Assembly: GCA_013335405.1 (NCBI GenBank)
Contig: JAAXVR010000008.1
Location: 13,663 to 77,662, forward strand
Direction: 5' to 3'
Source of the DNA: Chlorobiaceae bacterium
GTDB lineage: Bacteria > Bacteroidota > Chlorobiia > Chlorobiales > Chlorobiaceae
DNA: 64,000 bases
This document shows positions 57,374-64,000 of the stretch, piece after piece; positions within the stretch are counted from its first letter, which is position 1; each line of letters opens with the position of its first letter. The notes under the pieces were generated by a model that made no database searches, had not been told where the DNA came from, and was given only the letters and a program-made list of their open reading frames with translations. The position numbers and the translations under genes were made by a program.

Positions 57374-58090
57374 TCACGGGAGTTGCTCGAAATAGTGTTC
57401 GAACGACGAACAGACTTTCTTCTCGCCCCTGATCAATTCGAAGGTCATGTTGCTTGCTTTGGGGTGCCATAGCGAAACAACGGCAGCCTCTGCCAGATCG
57501 CTCCTGTCGATGACACCCGTCAGGATGTCGCCGGTTCCGAATCGAAGGTCGTGGCGGAACGGTTCACCGTCCTGAAGCCCTCCCGGGCGGAGAATGGTAT
57601 AGGAGTAACCAGTGCGGGAATAGATGGATCGGATGGCGTTTTCGCCCTGAAGTTTCATACTGAGTACTTCGCCATAGTTGTTCATGGGATGCTCCGGTCT
57701 GGTCACCGCCAGAGAGGTAACCTGGATAAACCTTCTTACTCCGTTGCTTCGCGCGATTTTCGCAAACGTACTCATCCCATCCCGGTCTATTGTCGAAGGC
57801 GGCGGTGCGTCCGGATCCGTGACGTAAGCTCCGATCGCTGAAATGACGGCACTGCAGCCGGATGTTGCCGTTTCGAGCTCCGCCTGATTCTCGATCGATC
57901 CCGATACAAGCCGGTCAGTGCATTCCGGCCCGAAATATTCAATCGCTTTCGAACCGGTGCGGACGAACAGGCGGTAATCGATACCATGAGCCTGCAGTCG
58001 CCGGACAACCCACCTGCCGGTCCTGCCGGTAGCGCCCGCTACCAGCACGGTTCCCTTGAACTTTTTGTCAGCCCTGTCTATCCTCGTCAT
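57374..58090 (-). CDS. NAD(P)H-binding atypical SDR (NmrA-like / PF13460-type)
   Basis: VLVAGATGRTGRWVVRRL Rossmann motif. Start taken at ATG 58090 (MTRIDR); alternatives are 58096 and 58123. Confidence 0.75.
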   Translation of the reverse strand: MTRIDRADKKFKGTVLVAGATGRTGRWVVRRLQAHGIDYRLFVRTGSKAIEYFGPECTDRLVSGSIENQAELETATSGCSAVISAIGAYVTDPDAPPPSTIDRDGMSTFAKIARSNGVRRFIQVTSLAVTRPEHPMNNYGEVLSMKLQGENAIRSIYSRTGYSYTILRPGGLQDGEPFRHDLRFGTGDILTGVIDRSDLAEAAVVSLWHPKASNMTFELIRGEKKVCSSFEHYFEQLP

Positions 58091-58436
58091 TTGCATTCTG
58101 ATGTTTATTCCCGAGCGCCTCAAGGCACAGAGTCAATGCATTTGCAGCTCGTCCCGACACCTGGTCCCCGAGAGCTTCCCTCAATCTCAGGACAGCAAGA
58201 TGTGCACAGAAAATCTCTTTTCCGTTGAAGCCGAATCGTGTGTTGACCGTATTCAGTTCAGAGAGGCTTATTTTTATGGCATCATGGGCAGAGACGACAC
58301 AGAATATCTCATCACCGGAAAATTCCCGGAGATTTTCATGCATGAATAAAATGAGCCCGTCAAGGTTGATGAACGCCTCGTCATATCGTTGTTTTTCCAA
58401 CTTGAAAATGATTCCGGGTATCATTTCTTTCAGCAT
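58068..58436 (-). CDS. Hypothetical protein (122 aa)
   Basis: Open frame directly upstream of, and overlapping by about 23 nt, the oxidoreductase gene. No motif recognised. Confidence 0.35.
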   Translation of the reverse strand: MLKEMIPGIIFKLEKQRYDEAFINLDGLILFMHENLREFSGDEIFCVVSAHDAIKISLSELNTVNTRFGFNGKEIFCAHLAVLRLREALGDQVSGRAANALTLCLEALGNKHQNANDEDRQG

Positions 58437-58914
58437 GACATCAGCTGTTTACTGTTTATTCGAAAGTTCATTGATCTTTTTTTTGCTGCGGAATTTCATG
58501 ATTCTGTTTTTTTCAGCCCTCAATGAATATTTCGAACGGAATTTGGATGGGCAGATTTCTTGACCGGTGAAAAAATAACCGGTATGGCTATGGATGAGCT
58601 TTGATTTGCCTGACCGAAACGTTACAACGCTCTGTCGTTGATGATACCGTCCATGACCTGAATGCGTTTCGCATTGCCTCTGCTGAAAAAGGGCAACGGG
58701 CATGTCGTTTCATATAATGAATTTACAAAAAACCCTCATATGTTATAAATCTCACGAATCTTATTTTTGGAAAAGCGGCAGCTTTTTTGTGTGATTTTTC
58801 AACCGTTTTTGGCTTGTTTTTTTGACAACAAAACAGGAACAAGCAGTTTTCCGTCAGAGGGCAGGGATTCAGGACTCTTTCGAAAAGAATGGTGCTTGTC
58901 GGGATCAACGAACG

Positions 58915-58955
58915 AAAAAAGGCTGTTTTTCCTGATATTTCCGGAAAAGCAGCCT
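58915..58955 (-). terminator. Rho-independent terminator after lpdA
   Basis: 12-bp stem ggctgtttttcc (58922-58933) / ggaaaagcagcc (58944-58955) with one G-T pair and a 10-nt loop. A T-run follows on the minus strand (A-run 58915-58921). Confidence 0.7.
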
Positions 58956-59014
58956 TTTCAGCCGGTTACATCCCTTGTGTATCACAGATATCAGTGAGCT
59001 GAGCGACAGCTTGC

Positions 59015-60451
59015 TCAGATATTCAGTGCCCTTTTCTCGATCGCCAGGGCCGCTTCGCGCACCGCTTCGGAAAGACTCGGGTGCGGGTGACAGGTTCGGG
59101 CGACATCTTCGGAAGACGCCCTGAATTCCATGGCGAGTGCCGCTTCGGCAATCAGGTCCGAAGCGTTCGAACCGATGATGTGTACCCCGAGGATCTCGTC
59201 CGTTTTCGCATCGGCGATCATTTTGACGAAACCGTCGCTGTCGCCGAGGCTGAGGGCCCTGCCGTTGGCGGAGAAGGGGAACTGGCCGGTTTTGTAATCC
59301 CTCCCTTCGGAACGAAGCTGCTGTTCGGTTTTTCCTACCCATGCGATTTCCGGGGTGGTGTAGATAACCCAGGGCATACTGCCGTAATCGATATGAGGTT
59401 TCATGCCGGCGATCATTTCCGCAGCCATCACGCCTTCGTCTTCCGCCTTGTGGGCAAGCATGGGTCCGCGGACAACGTCGCCGATGGCATAGACGCCGGA
59501 TGAGGCTGTGGCGCAGTGGTCGTCGACAGGGATGAAGCCTCTTTCGTCAGTCTGCAGGCCTATCGCCTCCAGATTCAGTTCTTCCGTGTTCGGTACCCTG
59601 CCGATTGAAACGATAAGCCTGTCGCATTCAAGCAGGTGTTCTGCCCCCTGGTCGTCGGTATATGAAATACTGACGCCGCTTTCCGTGAGTTTCGCCTGAC
59701 CGATTTTTACACCGAGCCTGATATGGAGTCCCTGCTTCAGAAAAAGCTTCGAAGCCTGTCTCGAGATGCTCTCGTCGCAAGCGCCGAGGAACGAAGGCAT
59801 GACCTCGAGCACGGTGACCTCGGCCCCAAGTCTCCGCCAGACCGATCCTATTTCGAGACCGATGACGCCTGCTCCGATGATACCGAGCCTTTTTGGCGGT
59901 TCGGTGAATTTCATGGCGCCTTCGTTATCGCAGATCGTTTCGTTATCGACCTTTACATTGGGGATATGGCGTGCTTTCGAGCCGGTGGCGATGATGACTT
60001 TTTTCGCGAGGACTTCCTCATCGCCATCCTTGCTCCTGACAACGATGCGATAGCCTTCGTCCACCCTGCCGGCGAAGGAAGCCCGTCCCTTGAGGAGCGT
60101 GACGCCGTTTTTCCTGAAGAGGAACTGCACTCCGCCGGTCATTCTGTCGACGATGCTCTCCTTGCGTTTCTGCATGCGGAGAACATCCATATGCAGGCCG
60201 TTTACCGTGATGCCGTGGTCCTCGAGGTGGTGAGAAATTTTTTCGAAGAGCTCCGACGACGAAACGAGGGCCTTCAGGGGAATACAACCTGCGTTCAGGC
60301 AGGTGCCGCCGAGTCGTGGTTCACCGGCAGGATCGTCATAGGAGTTGAATTCGCAGCATGCCACGGAAAATCCGAGCTGTGCTGCGCGAATCGCTGCAAT
60401 ATATCCACCAGGGCCGGCGCCAATGACAACAACGTCAAATGTTCTGTTCAT
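59015..60451 (-). CDS. lpdA: Dihydrolipoyl dehydrogenase (E3)
   Basis: GAGPGGY FAD motif, redox disulfide GGTCLNAGCIPLK, GAGVIGLE NAD motif, and the C-terminal HPHPSLSE. Confidence 0.9.
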   Translation of the reverse strand: MNRTFDVVVIGAGPGGYIAAIRAAQLGFSVACCEFNSYDDPAGEPRLGGTCLNAGCIPLKALVSSSELFEKISHHLEDHGITVNGLHMDVLRMQKRKESIVDRMTGGVQFLFRKNGVTLLKGRASFAGRVDEGYRIVVRSKDGDEEVLAKKVIIATGSKARHIPNVKVDNETICDNEGAMKFTEPPKRLGIIGAGVIGLEIGSVWRRLGAEVTVLEVMPSFLGACDESISRQASKLFLKQGLHIRLGVKIGQAKLTESGVSISYTDDQGAEHLLECDRLIVSIGRVPNTEELNLEAIGLQTDERGFIPVDDHCATASSGVYAIGDVVRGPMLAHKAEDEGVMAAEMIAGMKPHIDYGSMPWVIYTTPEIAWVGKTEQQLRSEGRDYKTGQFPFSANGRALSLGDSDGFVKMIADAKTDEILGVHIIGSNASDLIAEAALAMEFRASSEDVARTCHPHPSLSEAVREAALAIEKRALNI

Positions 60452-60472
60452 AGTATGTTGTTCTGTTTTCCG

Positions 60473-61708
60473 TTAAAGATCGAGCAGCAGTCGAGCGGGA
60501 TCTTCCAGCGCATCCTTTATCGCAACCAGTCCAAGGACCGCTTCACGGCCATCGATGATCCGATGGTCGTAAGAGAGCGCAAGGTAGTTCATCGGGCGGA
60601 TGACGACCGTTCCGTTTTCCACTACGGGACGGTCTTTCGTGGCATGGATGCCGAGGATCGCCGATTGTGGCGGATTGATGATAGGCGTTGAAAGCATGGA
60701 ACCGAAAACGCCGCCGTTGGAGATCGAGAAGGTGCCTCCGGTGATCTCTTCAAGCGAAAGGCTGCCAAGTTTCGCTTTCGCGGAGTAATCGGCGATTTTC
60801 CTTTCTGTTTCAGCGATGTTCATCTGGTCGACATTGCGCAGAATGGGCACGACAAGCCCGCGTGGCGAACTGACCGCGATGCCGATATCGAAATAGCCGT
60901 GGTAGATGATATCCCTTCCTTCAACCGAGGCGTTCAGGATGGGGTACTTTCGGAGAGCCTGTACGGCAGCCTTCACGAAGAACGACATGAAGCCGAGTTT
61001 TATGCCGTGTTCTTTTTCAAATGCTTCCTTGTAACGATTCCGAAGGTCTATGACCGCCTGCATGTTCACTTCGTTGAAGGTCGTGAGGATCGCATTGGTG
61101 TTCTGTGATTCGATCAGCCTTTCGGCAATGCGTGCCCTCAGGCGCGTCATGGGCACCCGCTGTTCCGGGCGGTCGGTTACGAGGGGGCTTTCGAGGAATG
61201 CATCCACCGGCGGCTGTTTCTTGACCGCAGGTGCATTCGGGGTGGTGGGCTCGGTCCCGGTGGCGATTGCCGCCAGGACGTCGCCTTTTGTAATCCTTCC
61301 CTCTCTTCCGGTCCCCTGGACCTGGGAAGGGGAAAGACCGGTCTCGGCCATGAGGCGGGCAGCCGATGGCATCGCGATACTTTCGGTTTCACGAGTCTCC
61401 TGCTTCACGGGGCTTTCCATCGGTAAACCGATTTCGGCAGATGAGGGCTGTGATGCTGCCGCCATGCCTTCGCTGTCAATTCTTGCAAGTACCTGACCCG
61501 ATACTACCGTGCCGCCGTTTCCTACGAGAATTTCAAACAGGATGCCGGATGAAGGGGACGGAACATCCATCACCACCTTGTCGGTTTCGATTTCAAAAAG
61601 GATTTCATCTTCAACGACGGCATCTCCTGGTTGTTTCTTCCAGTTGAGAAGGGTCGCTTCGGCGACCGACTCTGATAACTGGGATATGGTCACATCTATG
61701 ATTGCCAT
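60473..61708 (-). CDS. sucB: Dihydrolipoyllysine-residue succinyltransferase (E2 of 2-oxoglutarate dehydrogenase)
   Basis: Lipoyl domain ([13 protein letters not shown]), E3-binding domain and catalytic [13 protein letters not shown]. Confidence 0.9.
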   Translation of the reverse strand: MAIIDVTISQLSESVAEATLLNWKKQPGDAVVEDEILFEIETDKVVMDVPSPSSGILFEILVGNGGTVVSGQVLARIDSEGMAAASQPSSAEIGLPMESPVKQETRETESIAMPSAARLMAETGLSPSQVQGTGREGRITKGDVLAAIATGTEPTTPNAPAVKKQPPVDAFLESPLVTDRPEQRVPMTRLRARIAERLIESQNTNAILTTFNEVNMQAVIDLRNRYKEAFEKEHGIKLGFMSFFVKAAVQALRKYPILNASVEGRDIIYHGYFDIGIAVSSPRGLVVPILRNVDQMNIAETERKIADYSAKAKLGSLSLEEITGGTFSISNGGVFGSMLSTPIINPPQSAILGIHATKDRPVVENGTVVIRPMNYLALSYDHRIIDGREAVLGLVAIKDALEDPARLLLDL

Positions 61709-61717
61709 TCGAGCAAA

Positions 61718-64000
61718 TTATTTGTTGAAAAAAACACTGAATTCGCCGAAAGCCTCGTCGAGCAGGGCTTTCTGCTGTTTCGCGTGCATTTCGAGATAAC
61801 CGCATGCGGTGGAAGCCGATGCGGCCCTGCCGGCATACCCGAAAATCTGGCCGGGAGACATCGCTCTCATGAAGAAACGCTGAATGAAACGCCAGTAGCC
61901 CTGGTTTTTCGGTTCGTCCTGGCACCAGACGATCTCCTTCAGTCCCGGATAACGGGCAAACTCGAGGGCAAGTTCCTCGGCAGGGAATGGATAGAGCTGC
62001 TCTATGCGGATAATGGCGGTATTCTCTGACAGGTTTTCACGTCTCCTGTTTACCAGTTCGTAGTATACTTTTCCGGAACAGGCGATCATCCTCCGGATTT
62101 TTTTCGGTTCTGCGGACGGGTCGCCGATGAGAAGCCGGAAGTTGCCGTTTGCCAGGTCATCGAGGTGCGAAACGGCTTCCTTGTGACGGAGCAGCGATTT
62201 CGGTGTCAGGATAACCAGCGGTTTTCGTGCCATGAAGACCATCTGGCGACGGAGGAGGTGGAATATCTGCGCAGGGCTGGTCGGTTGGCAAACCCGGATA
62301 TTGTTGTCAGCGCAGAGTTGCAGGAAGCGTTCAGGTCTTGCCGAGGAATGTTCCGGTCCCTGGCCTTCGTAACCGTGAGGCAGCATGAGGGTAAGACCGG
62401 ATGCGAGTCCCCATTTCACTTCGCCGGAGGTGATGAACTGGTCGATGAGCACCTGCGCGCCGTTGGCGAAATCACCGAACTGCGCTTCCCAGATGACCAG
62501 GGTATCGGGTGCCGAAATGGAGTAACCGTATTCGAACCCGAGCACGGCTTCTTCCGAGAGTACGGAATCGATGACGGTGAATGTTGCCTGGTTATCCGTG
62601 ACGTTCTGGAGCGGAATGTAGATTCCGGCATTCCATTTTTCCCGGTTCTGATCGTGGAGGACGGAATGGCGGTGGGAAAAGGTACCTCTGCCGCTGTCCT
62701 GCCCTGTGATCCTGACCGGATAGCCTCCGGCTGCGAGCGAAGCGAAAGCGAGATGTTCACCCATTCCCCAGTCGAGGGGCTGATCGCCCGCCCCCATTTT
62801 CGCCCGCTCTTTGACGACTTTTTCAACGAGAGGGTGCAGCTTGAACTGTTCGGGAATTTTCGTCAGCCTTTCCGAAAGCCTTTTCAGCTCGGAAACGGGA
62901 ACGCCCGTACCGGAAACCGTTTCGTGGACCGCACCGGGATCGGCCGTGAAGATGGTCTTGTTGACCAGTAACGGATTTGCGGTGTATCTTCCTTCGTCGA
63001 GGTCCTTGCGGAATTTTTTGCTGAGCGAATCGGCATATCCCTTTTCCAGGATACCCTGCGATTCGAGCTTGTCCGCGTAGAGTTTTCGGGTACCCGGGTG
63101 CTTTTCGATATTCTTGTACATCAGCGGCTGTGTCATCGCAGGCGTATCCTGTTCGTTATGACCGAGCTTGCGGAAACAGACGATATCGAGCACGATGTCG
63201 CGTTTGAACGCCTGACGGTAATCGAGCGCCATCCGGGTTGCAAGGACAACAGCTTCGGGATCGTCGCCGTTGACGTGTACCACCGGAGCCTCGATCATTT
63301 TCACGACATCGGTACAGTAGGTGGTCGAGCGTGTGTCGCGCGGATCGGAGGTCGTAAACCCGATCTGGTTGTTGATGACGATGTGGACTGTTCCTCCGGT
63401 TCCATACCCTCTCGTCATCGCGAGGTTGAGGGTTTCCATGACCACTCCCTGACCGGAAAACGCAGCGTCGCCATGGACGAGCACGGGCAGCACCTGCGAA
63501 CCGAGCCGGTCCTCCCTCTGGACCTGTCTTGCCTTCACGGCCCCTTCAACAACCGGGTTAACGATTTCGAGATGAGAGGGGTTGAAGGCGAGAGAGATGT
63601 TGACCGGACCTCCGGGAGTGGCGATATCGCTGGTGAACCCCTGGTGGTATTTGACGTCACCCGAGGGCAGGTCGCCGGCGTGCTTTCCTTCGAACTCCGC
63701 AAAGAGGTCCACGGGATTTTTTCCCATGATGTTGACAAGGACGTTCAGCCTGCCTCTGTGGGCCATGCCGATAACGATTTCCTGTATGCCGGCCTTCCCT
63801 GCCCGCTGGATCAGTTCGTCAAGACAAGGAACAAAGCTGTCTCCTCCTTCGAGGGAGAACCGTTTCTGTCCGACAAACCGGGTGTGCAGATAGCGTTCGA
63901 ACCCTTCAGCCGCCGTCAGGCGTTCGAGGATATGCTTTTTCTTGTCAGGGCTGAAGTCCGGTTTCGAGCGGATTGTTTCAAGCCTTGCCTGCCACCACCG
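61718..64000 (-). CDS. sucA: 2-oxoglutarate dehydrogenase E1 component; N-terminus beyond window edge
   Basis: GMAHRGRLNVL, GDVKYHQG, LVHGDAAFSGQGVV and WEAQFGDFANGAQ. My own translation shows the frame stays open from 63766 to 64000 (…ERLTAAEGFERYLHTRFVGQKRFSLEGGDSFVPCLDELIQRAGKAGIQEIVIG-MAHRG). Confidence 0.9.
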   Translation of the reverse strand, partial: RWWQARLETIRSKPDFSPDKKKHILERLTAAEGFERYLHTRFVGQKRFSLEGGDSFVPCLDELIQRAGKAGIQEIVIGMAHRGRLNVLVNIMGKNPVDLFAEFEGKHAGDLPSGDVKYHQGFTSDIATPGGPVNISLAFNPSHLEIVNPVVEGAVKARQVQREDRLGSQVLPVLVHGDAAFSGQGVVMETLNLAMTRGYGTGGTVHIVINNQIGFTTSDPRDTRSTTYCTDVVKMIEAPVVHVNGDDPEAVVLATRMALDYRQAFKRDIVLDIVCFRKLGHNEQDTPAMTQPLMYKNIEKHPGTRKLYADKLESQGILEKGYADSLSKKFRKDLDEGRYTANPLLVNKTIFTADPGAVHETVSGTGVPVSELKRLSERLTKIPEQFKLHPLVEKVVKERAKMGAGDQPLDWGMGEHLAFASLAAGGYPVRITGQDSGRGTFSHRHSVLHDQNREKWNAGIYIPLQNVTDNQATFTVIDSVLSEEAVLGFEYGYSISAPDTLVIWEAQFGDFANGAQVLIDQFITSGEVKWGLASGLTLMLPHGYEGQGPEHSSARPERFLQLCADNNIRVCQPTSPAQIFHLLRRQMVFMARKPLVILTPKSLLRHKEAVSHLDDLANGNFRLLIGDPSAEPKKIRRMIACSGKVYYELVNRRRENLSENTAIIRIEQLYPFPAEELALEFARYPGLKEIVWCQDEPKNQGYWRFIQRFFMRAMSPGQIFGYAGRAASASTACGYLEMHAKQQKALLDEAFGEFSVFFNK

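Noticed and set aside
1-64000. tRNA, rRNA, tmRNA, RNase P, SRP RNA and CRISPR arrays.
   Set aside because: I scanned the intergenic spacers by eye for T-loop-like GGTTCGAATCC variants, conserved RNase P and SRP cores, and regularly spaced direct repeats. None were found. Absence should be confirmed with tRNAscan-SE, Infernal and a CRISPR finder.

Overview
This is a densely coding 64-kb chromosomal segment with about 57 supportable protein genes. I recognised no rRNA, tRNA, CRISPR array, transposase or integrase by eye. The gene content includes a BciB/HCAR-family reductase, a (bacterio)chlorophyll-synthase paralogue, a class-B radical SAM enzyme, hyp maturation genes and a beta-barrel porin. 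This points to an anoxygenic phototroph of the green-sulfur (Chlorobiota) type, which is inference and not proof. Gene blocks in order: (1) GT2 glycosyltransferase (partial), PAP2 phosphatase, purU, blc, tatA. (2) A convergent pair of an SDR and a BciB-family reductase. (3) A hybrid PAS/GAF sensor kinase and an M16 peptidase. (4) A 12-kb minus-strand respiratory block: ccoN-O-(Q-like)-P-G-fixH-like, an orphan ORF, ccoI-ccoS, a TauE-like gene, Hpt and cydDC. (5) Housekeeping genes: mtnA, a PNP, yggS, a cyclophilin, tatD, lspA, aroE, TPR proteins, uvrC, an MFS transporter, usp, a porin, a NUDIX hydrolase and pyrB. (6) hypA-B-F-C-D-E. (7) A visually AT-rich islet of orphan ORFs. (8) A Nif11-like small ORF, a B12-domain radical SAM enzyme and a chlorophyll-synthase paralogue, followed by one strong terminator. 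(9) A 1392-aa multi-PAS kinase with an OmpR-type regulator. (10) lpdA-sucB-sucA, with sucA cut by the window edge. The most interesting candidates are the Nif11-like/rSAM/chlorophyll-synthase unit, the chlorophyll-cycle-like SDR + BciB/HCAR pair, the orphan islet with a shared inverted 13-mer, and an uncharacterised Met-rich periplasmic ORF inside the cbb3 assembly operon. All homology statements come from reading the translations. No database search was run.
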